From Guyparkeria sp. (GTDB lineage: Bacteria; Pseudomonadota; Gammaproteobacteria; Halothiobacillales; Halothiobacillaceae), in NCBI GenBank assembly GCA_041685825.1, contig JAWLFB010000002.1, positions 1,817 through 65,816 on the forward strand: a stretch of DNA of 64,000 nt. Direction: 5' to 3'. The position numbers and the translations under genes were made by a program. This document shows, in pieces, positions 28,847 to 38,977 of the stretch. Within the stretch, counting starts at the first letter, position 1. Every line of letters begins with the position of its first letter. A model generated the notes under the pieces. That model was given only the letters and a program-made list of their open reading frames with translations, was not told the DNA's origin and did not search any database.

Positions 28847-31324
28847 ATGAGCGAAAATCTCGTCATCGTCGAGTCGCCGGCCAAGGCCAAGACGATCAAG
28901 AAATACCTCGGCCCCGGCTACGAAGTGCTGGCCTCCTACGGCCACGTGCGGGATCTCGTGCCCAAGAACGGCGCGGTCGACCCCGACAACGACTTCGCGA
29001 TGAACTACACGGTCATCGACAAAAACAAGAAGCACGTCGATGCCATCAAGAAGGCACTCAAGAAGGCCGACACCCTGCTGCTGGCCACTGACCCCGACCG
29101 CGAAGGAGAGGCCATTTCCTGGCACCTCTACGAGCTGCTCAAGGACGCCGGCCTGCTCGAGGGACGCGAGGCCAAGCGCGTGGTGTTCTACGAAATCACC
29201 AAGCGCGCCGTGCAGGAGGCCATCGCCCACCCGCGGGGGCTGTCGGAAGACCTGATCGATGCCCAGCAGGCGCGCCGGGCACTCGACTACCTGGTGGGTT
29301 TCAACCTCTCGCCGCTGCTGTGGAAGAAGATCAACCCGGGCCTGTCGGCCGGCCGCGTGCAGAGCCCGGCCCTGCGGATGATCGTCGAGCGCGAGCAGGA
29401 AATCGAGGCCTTCAACCCGCGCGAGTACTGGTCGATCGCCGCCGACTGTCGCACCGCGGACCAGCCGTTCTCGGCGCGCCTCTACCAGCTCGACGGCAAG
29501 AAGGTGGCGCAGTTCACCCTTGAGGACGAGACCAGCGCCACGGCGGCGCGCGAACGTCTCGAGGCCGCCGCCGCTAGCAAGCTCACCGTCGCCAAGGTCG
29601 ACCGTCGCGAGCGCAAGCGCCACGCCGCCCCGCCGTTCACCACCTCCACCATGCAACAGGAGGGGGTGCGCAAGCTCGGGCTGACGGCCTCGCGCGCCAT
29701 GCGCACCGCGCAGGAGCTCTACGAGGGTGTCGACATCGGCCAGGGCACGGTGGGTCTGATCACCTACATGCGTACCGACTCGGTCAACCTGTCGAACGAC
29801 GCGATCGGCGAGATCCGCCACCACATCGGCGAAAGCTACGGCGCCGACTACGTGCCGGAGACCCCCAACCAGTACCGCACTAAGTCGAAGAATGCGCAGG
29901 AGGCCCACGAGGCGATCCGCCCGACTTCGATCGCCAACACGCCGGACAAGGTGCGCGCCTTCCTCAATCGCGACCAATTCCGTCTCTACGAGATGATCTT
30001 CAAGCGGACGCTGGCCTCGCAGATGAACCCGGCGATCTTCGACCAGGTCTCAGTGGATTTGGCCGCCGGCGACGAGCACAGCTTCCGCGCGACCGGCTCG
30101 ACCCTGAAGTTCCCCGGCTTTATTGCCGCGTACCGCGAGGACGAGGACGACCAGGCATCCGACAAGGACGACGACCGTCGCCTGCCGCCGCTGGAGGAAG
30201 GCCAGCAGATCGAACTCGCCGCGATCAACGCCACCCAGCACTTCACCGAGCCACCTCCGCGCTTCACCGAGGCGAGCTTGGTCAAGACACTCGAGCAATA
30301 CGGTATCGGTCGGCCGTCGACATACGCCAGCATTATCTCCACGCTGCGTTCGCGTGAATACGTCGAGCTTGAGCAGCGTCGCTTCAAACCCACCGACATG
30401 GGCCGCGTGGTCAACGGCTTTTTGACCGAGTACTTCCGCGACGTGGTCGACTACGAGTTCACCGCCAAGCTCGAGGACGAGCTCGATGCCGTCTCGCGCG
30501 GCGAAATGGATTGGGTGCCCCTGCTGCGCGAGTTCTGGGAACCGTTCTCCAAGCGCATCGAGCACACCCAGCAGAACGTCTCCCGCCAGGAGGCCGCCCA
30601 GGGCCGCGAGCTCGGCGTCGACCCCAAGAGCGGCAAGCCGGTGGTCGCCCGCCTGGGCCGCTTCGGGCCGTTCGTACAGATCGGCACCAAGGACGACGAG
30701 GAAAAGCCTAAGTTCGCCTCGCTGCGTCCACACCAGAGCATCGCGACGATCACACTCGACGATGCCATGGAGCTGTTCAAGCTGCCGCGCAAGCTCGGCG
30801 AGACGCCCGAGGGCGAGCCGGTCGAGGCCAACATTGGCCGCTTCGGTCCCTACGTTAAGTTCGGCAACAAGTTCGCCTCGCTGGGCAAGGACGACGACCC
30901 CTACACCGTCGAACTGCCGCGCGCGCTGGAGATCATCGAGGTCAAGAAGCTCGCCGAGAAGAACCGGATCATCAACGAGTTCGATGACGGCATCCAGGTG
31001 CTCAACGGTCGCTACGGCCCCTACGTGACCGATGGCAAGAAGAACGCCAAGATCCCCAAGGACGACGACCCGAAGGCGATCACCCACGAGCAGGCAATCG
31101 AGATGATCGCCAAGGCCCCGGAACGCAAGGGCCGTGGTCGCAAGGCCGCGCCCAAGGCCGCTGCCAAGAAGGCAACGACGGGCAAGGCCGCAGCCAAGTC
31201 GACCACGAAAGCGACCGCTAAGAAGACCACGACCAAGAAGGCCCCGGCGAGAAAGACCACGGCGAAAAAAACCACCACTAATAAGAGCGCGCCGAAGAGC
31301 GCGTCGGGCGACAAGGCCGAATGA
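28847..31324 (+). CDS. topA: DNA topoisomerase I with Zn-free C-terminal repeats and Lys/Ala/Thr-rich tail
   Basis: IVESPAKAKTI, ATDPDREGE, SAGRVQSP, ITYMRTDS, GIGRPSTY; three GR(F/Y)GP(F/Y)V repeats. Confidence 0.97.
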   Translation: MSENLVIVESPAKAKTIKKYLGPGYEVLASYGHVRDLVPKNGAVDPDNDFAMNYTVIDKNKKHVDAIKKALKKADTLLLATDPDREGEAISWHLYELLKDAGLLEGREAKRVVFYEITKRAVQEAIAHPRGLSEDLIDAQQARRALDYLVGFNLSPLLWKKINPGLSAGRVQSPALRMIVEREQEIEAFNPREYWSIAADCRTADQPFSARLYQLDGKKVAQFTLEDETSATAARERLEAAAASKLTVAKVDRRERKRHAAPPFTTSTMQQEGVRKLGLTASRAMRTAQELYEGVDIGQGTVGLITYMRTDSVNLSNDAIGEIRHHIGESYGADYVPETPNQYRTKSKNAQEAHEAIRPTSIANTPDKVRAFLNRDQFRLYEMIFKRTLASQMNPAIFDQVSVDLAAGDEHSFRATGSTLKFPGFIAAYREDEDDQASDKDDDRRLPPLEEGQQIELAAINATQHFTEPPPRFTEASLVKTLEQYGIGRPSTYASIISTLRSREYVELEQRRFKPTDMGRVVNGFLTEYFRDVVDYEFTAKLEDELDAVSRGEMDWVPLLREFWEPFSKRIEHTQQNVSRQEAAQGRELGVDPKSGKPVVARLGRFGPFVQIGTKDDEEKPKFASLRPHQSIATITLDDAMELFKLPRKLGETPEGEPVEANIGRFGPYVKFGNKFASLGKDDDPYTVELPRALEIIEVKKLAEKNRIINEFDDGIQVLNGRYGPYVTDGKKNAKIPKDDDPKAITHEQAIEMIAKAPERKGRGRKAAPKAAAKKATTGKAAAKSTTKATAKKTTTKKAPARKTTAKKTTTNKSAPKSASGDKAE

Positions 31325-31881
31325 GCACCCCGTCGCCGTTCCACCTGCGCGAGATCGCCCGCCACCTCGGCGACGGCGGGCTGATCGCCTACCCGACCGA
31401 GGCGGTCTTCGGCCTCGGCTGCGCGCCGCTCGATCCGTTCGCGGTCATGCGCCTGCTCGCCTTGAAAAAGCGCGAGGTGGGCAAGGGCCTGATCTTGGTC
31501 GCCGACACACCGGAAATGCTCCAACCCTTCACCGCGGTGACGGCCAAGGAATGGGACCGTATCGTTGCCGACTGGCCGGCGGCACGCACCGTGATTGTGC
31601 CGGCGGCCGACGGCGTGCCGCCCTGGCTGACCGGCGGGCGCAAGGAAATAGCCCTGCGGGTGCCGGCGCACGAGACTGCGCGCGCGATCAGTCGCGTCTT
31701 CGGCGGGCCGATCGTCTCCACCAGCGCGAACGTCAGTGGCCGCCCGGCGGCCCGCGACGCGCTGACGGCGCGACGCCTGTTCACCCGTGCCGACGTCCAG
31801 ATCATCCCGGGCCGCGTCGACCGGCGCGCCCACCCCTCCCAGATCATCCACTGGCCCACCGGGCGGACCATCAGGAGCTGA
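31321..31881 (+). CDS. tsaC: L-threonylcarbamoyladenylate synthase (YrdC/Sua5)
   Basis: [15 protein letters not shown]...KGLIL, STSAN. Confidence 0.93.
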   Translation: MSTPSPFHLREIARHLGDGGLIAYPTEAVFGLGCAPLDPFAVMRLLALKKREVGKGLILVADTPEMLQPFTAVTAKEWDRIVADWPAARTVIVPAADGVPPWLTGGRKEIALRVPAHETARAISRVFGGPIVSTSANVSGRPAARDALTARRLFTRADVQIIPGRVDRRAHPSQIIHWPTGRTIRS

Positions 31882-31882
31882 C

Positions 31883-32839
31883 ATGGCGGATAACCAGGCC
31901 GGCACAAAGGCTGATCTCCAGGCCATTCGTGACTATCTCATCGACCTTCAGGACCGCATCGTTGCCGGCCTCGAGGGCCAGGAAGACGGGACGCGCTTTC
32001 TGCACGACGACTGGAAACGTCCACCGGGTGATCACCTCAACGGGGAGGGCCGCGGCCGCATCCTCGAGGACGGCTCCACCTTCGAGCGCGCCGGGATCAA
32101 CTTCTCGCACGTGACCGGCAACAAGCTACCACCCTCCGCCACCGCCCACCGGCCTGATCTGGCTGGCGGCTCGTTTGAGGCAATGGGCGTCTCTCTGGTC
32201 ATCCACCCGCGCAACCCCTTTGTGCCTACCTCGCACGCGAACGTGCGCTTCTTCCAGGCACAGAAGGAAGGGGTCGAGCCGGTGTGGTGGTTCGGCGGCG
32301 GGTTCGACCTCACGCCTTACTACGGCTTCACCGAGGACGCAGTGTACTGGCACGAACAGGCCGAGGCGGCCTGCCGGCCCTTTGGTGACGACCACTACCC
32401 TCGCTTCAAGCAATGGTGCGACGAGTACTTCTGGCTCAAGCATCGAGCCGAGCCACGCGGTATCGGCGGCCTGTTCTTTGACGACTACGGCGCCGACGGC
32501 CAAGTCGACTTCGACACCGCCTTCGGTTTTATGTGCTCGGTGGGCGATCACTATCTGCCGGCCTACCTGCCGGTCGTGGAAAAGCGCAAGGACACGCCCT
32601 ATGGGGAGCGTGAGCGCGACTTTCAAGCCTACCGCCGCGGGCGCTACGTGGAATTCAATCTGGTCTACGACCGCGGAACGCTGTTCGGGCTGCAGTCCGG
32701 CGGGCGCACCGAATCAATCCTGATGTCTATGCCACCGCGCGCCGACTGGCGCTACGACTACCATCCGGAGCCCGGCAGCGAGGAGGCACGTCTCTACGAC
32801 GAGTTCCTGCGCCCGCGCGACTGGCTGGCCGAGCGCTGA
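31883..32839 (+). CDS. hemF: oxygen-dependent coproporphyrinogen III oxidase
   Basis: [40 protein letters not shown]. Confidence 0.97.
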   Translation: MADNQAGTKADLQAIRDYLIDLQDRIVAGLEGQEDGTRFLHDDWKRPPGDHLNGEGRGRILEDGSTFERAGINFSHVTGNKLPPSATAHRPDLAGGSFEAMGVSLVIHPRNPFVPTSHANVRFFQAQKEGVEPVWWFGGGFDLTPYYGFTEDAVYWHEQAEAACRPFGDDHYPRFKQWCDEYFWLKHRAEPRGIGGLFFDDYGADGQVDFDTAFGFMCSVGDHYLPAYLPVVEKRKDTPYGERERDFQAYRRGRYVEFNLVYDRGTLFGLQSGGRTESILMSMPPRADWRYDYHPEPGSEEARLYDEFLRPRDWLAER

Positions 32840-32861
32840 TACGACTGCCGCACTTCCAACG

Positions 32862-32887
32862 AAAAGGGCAAACCGGCTCGCCCTTTT
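32862..32887. terminator. bidirectional intrinsic terminator
   Basis: AAAAGGGC-N10-GCCCTTTT between convergent hemF and nuclease genes. Confidence 0.6.
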
Positions 32888-32907
32888 CCTACCCGCCTGC
32901 CCTTTGT

Positions 32908-33789
32908 TCAGTCGAGCCGCTCGAGGGCATGTGCCGAATCCACCGGGATGAACCAGTCTTGGTAGCGGTTGCTGTGGTGCACGACCCAGCCGCGCGCCCG
33001 CAGTTTTTCGCCCTCCAGCACGTCGAAATCCCAGCCGTGGAAACGCTCGAGATCGGCCTTGTCGATGCGCACGGCCACCCGACCCTCCAGGTTGATCCAG
33101 ATATTGCGCCGACTTTCACCTACCGACTCCACGCGGCCGCGAATGATCGCCGCGCCCTGCACGTGCTCGGGAATGCCCCGAGCCGACGGCAGTCCCGGAT
33201 CGTAGGCGGGCAGTGACCAAACGCCCCGTTCGTCCCGCCTCGCGCGTTGCTCACGGGCCATGACGCAGTCGACCAACTCCAGGTTGGGGGCGACAAACAC
33301 CGCCATCGCCATGCCCTGTTCGAGCAAGTGCGCCTGCACCGAGCGTCCGTCCGGCAGGTAGAGGTAGGACAGCCGACGGCCGTAGCGGTCCTCGCCCTCA
33401 GTAGCATCCACCACCTGAACGCGGTTGCGCGACTCGGCCAGCAGCGTGCGCAGCACCTGCCGCGCCTCGCGGGCCATCGGTTCGTCGTCCGTACCGTCAC
33501 GTCCCAGCTCGGGGGTGTCGATGCCGACCAGGCGCAAACGGTCGCCGTTGGCAAGACGGACGGTATCGCCGTCGTTGACGTAGCTGACCGTGGCCGATTC
33601 GATCGACAACTCGGGCGGCGGGGCGCAGTCACCCGTTGGCGGCTTCGGCTCCTCGGCCACGCAACCGCTGGAGACAACCAGCGCGGAAAGCAGCCAGGCG
33701 AGCCCCATTGAGCGCGCACGAAAAAGGGCACCGGGATAACCCGCGGTGCCCTTTAGCTGCGTCCGGCCGATTGGCTGGAACGCGATCAT
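32908..33789 (-). CDS. thermonuclease (SNase) family protein, probably exported lipoprotein, with C-terminal OB-like domain
   Basis: DGDT, RLVGIDTPE, DRYGR, A....RGVW; SSGC lipobox-like; start 33789 or 33708. Confidence 0.85.
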   Translation of the reverse strand: MIAFQPIGRTQLKGTAGYPGALFRARSMGLAWLLSALVVSSGCVAEEPKPPTGDCAPPPELSIESATVSYVNDGDTVRLANGDRLRLVGIDTPELGRDGTDDEPMAREARQVLRTLLAESRNRVQVVDATEGEDRYGRRLSYLYLPDGRSVQAHLLEQGMAMAVFVAPNLELVDCVMAREQRARRDERGVWSLPAYDPGLPSARGIPEHVQGAAIIRGRVESVGESRRNIWINLEGRVAVRIDKADLERFHGWDFDVLEGEKLRARGWVVHHSNRYQDWFIPVDSAHALERLD

Positions 33790-33797
33790 GATTGGTC

Positions 33798-34046
33798 TTA
33801 CTTCTTCTGGCCGTAGCGGTTGCGGAACTTGTCCACCTGCTTGGCCATGCTGCCCTCGGAACGCTTGCCCGTGAAGAACGGGTGGCTCGCGGAGGATACA
33901 TCGATCTTGACCAGCGGGTACTCGTTACCGTCTTCCCACTTGATGGTCTCCCTCGACTTCATCGTCGAACGGGTAAGGATTGCGAAATCCGCCGCCACGT
34001 CCTGGAATACCACCGGCTGGTAGTTCGGGTGAATGCCTTGTTTCAT
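33798..34046 (-). CDS. rpmE2: 50S ribosomal protein L31 type B (Cys-free)
   Basis: [30 protein letters not shown]; no Cys. Confidence 0.95.
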   Translation of the reverse strand: MKQGIHPNYQPVVFQDVAADFAILTRSTMKSRETIKWEDGNEYPLVKIDVSSASHPFFTGKRSEGSMAKQVDKFRNRYGQKK

Positions 34047-34216
34047 CTCGATTCTGCCCCTGGTAAAGGTTCGAAAGTTGGGTCGGATGCCGCCGGGGCG
34101 GCATCTCAAGTTGATCGTCTTCGGGCTCGCCCCTGCCGGGGAAGCCGCCCCATAACACCGCACCGGGATTTGACAATCACCACGGGCGTACGCGGCCGGG
34201 ACGGCCAAGGCGCGAG

Positions 34217-34245
34217 ATTTTACCCAAACTGCACGCAGGGCACAA
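34217..34245 (-). promoter_or_regulatory. candidate sigma-70 promoter for rpmE2
   Basis: TTGTGC-N17-TAAAAT on the minus strand. Confidence 0.45.
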
Positions 34246-34927
34246 GCCAAATTATCCGCGCTCGAAGGGTCATCAAGGCGCACACCAGTGCCCAGACGTA
34301 CAAGGCACTCGCGCCACCGCGCTGCATGGCGTTGGCCATCGCCTTAGCACTCGCGCCGGTGATCAGCAGGTCATCGACGATCGCGCCCCGTGCTGCAGGG
34401 CATCGGCCCGTCCGCGACAAAGGCACCACGCAGGGCGACCCGGCGCGCAGCAAGGGCGCGCCCGCCACGCGGGCAACCCCGTCGGCCAGCAATCAGGTCT
34501 GGTTGAATCCGCGCCGGCAGCGCTACGTCGGGTGCAGGGGCATCGGCATCAGTGCACCGGGGTCTGTCGCCGACGACAGCCTCGACCAGCGTGGCTCACT
34601 ACAGCGGCACGACGCTGAAACCCTCATGGTATTTGATCCGGTGAATCAGCGTGCGCACCTTCGGCTCGAGATCGACCACCGCTATCACCAACTCGAACAG
34701 CGAACGCGTACCGATACAGGCCGCGCAGGTCTCGCCAACTGCGGCCGGGTCGCCAGCACCATCAGCCCGCAGGCTTCGCAACGCAGCCGGCCCTGCGAGG
34801 CGCGCCATTCCCGCCGACACGCCGGGCACAGGGCATCGGAATCGGAATCGGAATCGGCGGTATCAAGGTGGCAGATATGACAAGGAGCTTCGAACCAGCG
34901 CCGCCGTCGCGGGGGCATCCATTCCAT
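34220..34927 (-). pseudogene. comF: competence protein ComF (zinc ribbon + PRTase), heavily degraded
   Basis: Segments in three frames: CHIC..LCPAC..RCEACG / TCAAC..LIHRIKY / PMPLHPT*RCRRGFNQT*LLA..IVDDLLITGAS..YVWAL; several stops and frameshifts; divergent from the bioB unit as is common for comF. Confidence 0.85.
34832..34858. repeat. short hexamer tandem repeat (ATCGGA)n inside the comF relic
   Basis: ggcATCGGAATCGGAATCGGAATCGGc, reading DSDSDSD on the minus strand. Confidence 0.8.
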
Positions 34928-34969
34928 GCTAATCTGCATCCGATACGCATATTTAGAGGTCGTTTCATC

Positions 34970-35401
34970 ATGAACCACGATGCATCTGCCCAGACGCTCG
35001 ATTCGGACGAAGAACACGTCCCTACTCGCATCTCCGGCAAGTCGGCCCGGCGGGCCGCCACCTGGTTCAATTGGGGCAATATCGTCGCGATGATCGTGCC
35101 GCTGCCGCTGGCAATCTTCTGGACCGGCCTGTCCATGCTGGTCTACGCCCTGAACAAGCACCACCCCAATCCCAAGGTAGGCCACTACACCCAGTGGGCC
35201 GCCTATCGCTTTTACGGCGTGGCCGGCACCGCCATGGTGGTGGCCGTGTTCGCCCCGCCCAGCCTGACCTTCTACCTGGTCCTCTGGGTGATTGCCGCGG
35301 TGATCCTGATCCCCTGGTCGCTTTACGACCTCTACCGGATCAAGCAAGATACTTGGGAAGATTCCTTCACCGAACCGCCCGAATCGTTCGAGGATAACTG
35401 A
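34970..35401 (+). CDS. hypothetical integral membrane protein, 5 bp upstream of bioB
   Basis: 3-4 hydrophobic segments, [14 protein letters not shown] loop; SD GAGG. Confidence 0.75.
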   Translation: MNHDASAQTLDSDEEHVPTRISGKSARRAATWFNWGNIVAMIVPLPLAIFWTGLSMLVYALNKHHPNPKVGHYTQWAAYRFYGVAGTAMVVAVFAPPSLTFYLVLWVIAAVILIPWSLYDLYRIKQDTWEDSFTEPPESFEDN

Positions 35402-35406
35402 TTCCC

Positions 35407-36405
35407 ATGACCCGCCCGCTCTGGCGCAAGCAACAAGCGCTCGACCTGTTCGCGAAGCCCTTCAACGACCTGCTTTTTCAGGCTCAGACGGTGCATCGCG
35501 AGCACTTCGACCCCAACGCAGTTCAGGTCAGCACCCTGCTCTCGATCAAGACCGGCGCCTGTCCGGAAGACTGCAAGTACTGCTCGCAGAGTGCCCGCTA
35601 CGACACCGGCCTCGAGCGCGAGCGACTGCTGCCGCTCGACGAGGTCCGCACCGCCGCCAGACGGGCGCGCGAGAAGGGCGCGTCGCGCTTCTGCATGGGG
35701 GCGGCATGGCGCAACCCCACCGACACCCAGCTCGAGCGGGTGATCGACATGGTGCGCGTGGTGAAGGAGACCGGCATGGAGGCCTGCGTCACGCTGGGCA
35801 TGCTCAAGCCCGAGCAGGCCGACCGCCTCAAAGAGGCCGGTCTCGACTACTACAACCACAACATCGACACCTCAGCCGAGTACTACGACCAGGTAATCAC
35901 CACCCGCTCGATCGACGATCGCCTTGAGACGCTCGACCACGTGCGCGAGGCGGGTATCAACGTCTGCTCCGGCGGCATCCTCGGCATGGGCGAATCGCGG
36001 GAGGATCGCGTCTCTTTCCTGACCACGCTGGCCAACCTCGAGCGCGCGCCAGAATCCGTGCCGCTGAACATGCTGGTGCGCATCCCCGGCACGCCGATGG
36101 CCGACGTTCCGGCGCTCGACCCGATCGAGTTCATCCGCACCATCGCCGTGGCCCGCATCCTGATGCCGAGCTCGCACGTGCGCCTGTCCGCAGGTCGGGA
36201 GGGGCTGAGCGAGGCGATCCAGGCCTGGTGCTTCTTCGCCGGTGCGAACAGCATCTTCTACGGCGAGAAACTGCTGACCACCGAGAACGCCGACGCTGCG
36301 GCCGACGAGGCCATGTTTGAGAAGCTCGGCCTGACGCCGTTGATCCCCGAGGGCTGCCAGCTCGACGAGCCGGCCGACAGCCAGCAGGCCTCCGTTTCGG
36401 CCTGA
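35407..36405 (+). CDS. bioB: biotin synthase
   Basis: [39 protein letters not shown]. Confidence 0.97.
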   Translation: MTRPLWRKQQALDLFAKPFNDLLFQAQTVHREHFDPNAVQVSTLLSIKTGACPEDCKYCSQSARYDTGLERERLLPLDEVRTAARRAREKGASRFCMGAAWRNPTDTQLERVIDMVRVVKETGMEACVTLGMLKPEQADRLKEAGLDYYNHNIDTSAEYYDQVITTRSIDDRLETLDHVREAGINVCSGGILGMGESREDRVSFLTTLANLERAPESVPLNMLVRIPGTPMADVPALDPIEFIRTIAVARILMPSSHVRLSAGREGLSEAIQAWCFFAGANSIFYGEKLLTTENADAAADEAMFEKLGLTPLIPEGCQLDEPADSQQASVSA

Positions 36406-36428
36406 TCGCCAACGCGATTACGGCCTTC

Positions 36429-36470
36429 ACGGGCCGCGAATGGCCCCGGCCGGCCGCGGCCCGTTTTGTT
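36429..36470 (+). terminator. intrinsic terminator after bioB
   Basis: ACGGGCCGCG...CGCGGCCCGT followed by TTTGTT. Confidence 0.6.
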
Positions 36471-36494
36471 GGGATTGGGTGGCGCCTCGGCATG

Positions 36495-36517
36495 TCGCGG
36501 CTAAAAGCTCGCCTACA
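36495..36517 (-). repeat. REP-like element (GTAG family, degenerate)
   Basis: Minus strand TGTAGGCGAGCTTTTAGCCGCGA resembles GTAGGAGCGGC..AGCCGCGA REPs. Confidence 0.45.
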
Positions 36518-36531
36518 GCCACCGTGGGCCG

Positions 36532-38853
36532 CTATTCGCCACCCCGGTCGACCTCGACCTCCATCTCGTCGGGCGCCAGACAAACCCGGTCGTCGCAGGC
36601 CTGCAGATCAATACGCAGGCGTGTCGGCATCTCGCCGGTCACGGGCACCCTCAACTCGAGCACCCCCTCAAAGACGTCGATCGCCGAGCGGGCAAACTCG
36701 GCGCGAAACGACTTACCCGGCGGGTAGTCGATCGCTCCGATCTCGCCATCCAGCGCCGTAATCCGCGTCGGCACAAGGAAGTCTTCGCTGGCGGGGTTGG
36801 CATTGATATGAAAGCCTTCGTCGATGGCAAGCCGTACGACGATGACCGCACCATCCTCGATCATGCGCGCCTCGACCTCGACGTGATCACGCGTCTCGCC
36901 CGGCCCGGCGTCGGTCTCGGTCGCCTCGGTCAGCCGTGCCGCCTCGCGCGTCACCACATCGGCGAGTGAAGGGCGGGCCAGCGCCCCGACCAGATAGCCC
37001 CAGTCGGCCGGCGCGGAATCCACCTCGGCGGCGAACCCGGCCAACGCGCGCACGGCGCGCTCCTGACGCGCGGAATCCTCGAGCACAGCCCCCAAGTCCA
37101 GCAGGAACACCACCGCCTGCGAATGCCCCGAGGGCGAGGCATCGTCACCCACCAGCGGCGGCGAGAGCGGCAGCGCGCCCCCCGATTCCGGCGGGCGCTC
37201 GTGCAGCCGCCCCGACTCATCGAGGTAATCGCGCTCGATCGTCGCGGCAAGCCGCTGGGCGCGGAACAGCCAACGAACATCATGGCTCGACCCGTACAGC
37301 GCCAGCATCAGGCGCCCTGAGGCCGCGTGATCGGAAAGGAAGGCCTCGCCGGAGACCTCGCCTTCGTAGGCCTGCCGGTAAAGGTGCTGCTCATCGGCAT
37401 CCCAGAGCCTTGCCCACAGCCAGTCACCCACCGCCTGCGCCCGTTCGTGCCAGTCGCCCCGGTCGAGCGGCTGGGCGGCCGCCAGAAGCCCCAGCCCGGT
37501 CAGGGCGTTGAACTCGGCAACCTGCTTGCGATCCCGCTGGGGCAGGCCGCGCGCCTGGCGCGCCTCGAGCAGGGCGAAGTAATCGGGCTCGAAGCCGGCG
37601 ATCGACGCGGCCAGCTCGCCCTGCTCGAAGGCATCGTACGCTCGACCCACGGCCAGGTTCACCGCGCCGCCGTCGGGCAACTCGTGATCGATCCGGCTTT
37701 CCGGCAGGCCGGCCAACTCGTGCCAGTCGAGGAAGGCCTTGGCATCCTCGCCCAGCACCGCACGGATCTCTCCGGGGGTAAACACATAGCTCTTGCCCTC
37801 GATGCCGTCGAGCTCGGCGTTCTCGGCGGTGAAATAGGCACCCTCGTCCGCCCGCAACCTGCGCTCGAGATAACCGACGCTGCGCGCGACGACTTCATCG
37901 AACCATCCCTCGTCCAGACGCTGCCCGGCCCGAGCGTAATGGCCGACCAGCTGGGCGTTGTCGACCAGCATCTTCTCGAAGTGCGGAATCGCCCACTCGG
38001 GATCGACGGTGTAGCGGTGGAACCCGCCGCCGACGTGATCGAACAGGGCGCCGATGCTCATCGCCGCCAGGGTCTGGCGCAGCATCGGCTCCGCCTGTGC
38101 GGCCTGCGCGTCGTCATCGATCGCCGAGAGCAGTAACGCCAGTCGCGGTGACTGCGGAAAGCGGCTCGACTGCCCCGGCGGGGCGAAACCGCCCACCAGC
38201 GAATCGTACTGCCCCTCCAGCGCCTCAATGGCACGGGCCTGCCAGTCGGCCGGGTCGATGAGCTCAGGCGCGAGACTCGCATCCGCGCCCTCCCGCAACG
38301 CCTCAGCCGTCGTCTCGGCCCGCTCGAGCAGCGGATCGCGGTTCGACTGCCACTCATCGGACAGACGCTCGACGATTTCCGGGAAGCTCTCGCGACCTGG
38401 CAACGGCTCGGGCGGGAAGTAGCTGCCGGCGAAGAACGGCTCGAGATCGGGGGTAAGGAAGACGTTGTTGGGCCAGCCGCCACCCTCGCCCAGCGCGCGC
38501 GTAGCCGCCATCAGCACACGATCGAGGTCGGGGCGCTGCTCGCGGTCGATCTTGATGTTGATGAAGCCTTCGTTCATCGCCGAGGCGATCGCAGGGTCCT
38601 CGTAAAGTTCACGCTTGGCGACGTGGCACCAGTAGCAGGTGGAGTACCCCACCGAGACGAAGATCGGCTTGTCCTGCTCGCGGGCCAGCGCCAAGGCCTG
38701 CTCACCCCAGGGATACCAGTCGACCGGATTGTCGGCGTGATCGCGCAGGTAATCCGAGGCAGTATCCGCCAGCCGGTTCTCGGCGGTCGCGACTCCGCCA
38801 GCCATCCCTCCCAGCAGGGCCAGCGACAACAGAAGCGTGGGCAGTCGACTCAT
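36532..38853 (-). CDS. exported thioredoxin-domain protein (YyaL/DUF255 family) with C-terminal DsbD N-domain-like module
   Basis: Signal peptide; NRLA...S.YL..HA.NPVDW, CYWCH, DREQRPD, GGWP, PHFEKML; C-terminal [23 protein letters not shown]. Confidence 0.85.
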   Translation of the reverse strand: MSRLPTLLLSLALLGGMAGGVATAENRLADTASDYLRDHADNPVDWYPWGEQALALAREQDKPIFVSVGYSTCYWCHVAKRELYEDPAIASAMNEGFINIKIDREQRPDLDRVLMAATRALGEGGGWPNNVFLTPDLEPFFAGSYFPPEPLPGRESFPEIVERLSDEWQSNRDPLLERAETTAEALREGADASLAPELIDPADWQARAIEALEGQYDSLVGGFAPPGQSSRFPQSPRLALLLSAIDDDAQAAQAEPMLRQTLAAMSIGALFDHVGGGFHRYTVDPEWAIPHFEKMLVDNAQLVGHYARAGQRLDEGWFDEVVARSVGYLERRLRADEGAYFTAENAELDGIEGKSYVFTPGEIRAVLGEDAKAFLDWHELAGLPESRIDHELPDGGAVNLAVGRAYDAFEQGELAASIAGFEPDYFALLEARQARGLPQRDRKQVAEFNALTGLGLLAAAQPLDRGDWHERAQAVGDWLWARLWDADEQHLYRQAYEGEVSGEAFLSDHAASGRLMLALYGSSHDVRWLFRAQRLAATIERDYLDESGRLHERPPESGGALPLSPPLVGDDASPSGHSQAVVFLLDLGAVLEDSARQERAVRALAGFAAEVDSAPADWGYLVGALARPSLADVVTREAARLTEATETDAGPGETRDHVEVEARMIEDGAVIVVRLAIDEGFHINANPASEDFLVPTRITALDGEIGAIDYPPGKSFRAEFARSAIDVFEGVLELRVPVTGEMPTRLRIDLQACDDRVCLAPDEMEVEVDRGGE

Positions 38854-38977
38854 GGGATCCGCTCGTTCGAGTGTAGAGTCCGAGAATGGCACAGCTAGAC
38901 GGATAATGCGGGATCTAGCATGCGGCCCGTGCGGTGCTAGGCTTGCACTTTTACTTTCCATCCATACAGGTCAACAA

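Noticed and set aside
28616-31087. Long antisense ORFs opposite topA (and similar ones opposite trkAH, pap, fbp, pst)
   Set aside because: Expected stop-poor shadow frames of high-GC coding sequence; no motifs
34145-34165. Zur box upstream of rpmE2
   Set aside because: Only a half site (TGTTAT); no palindrome
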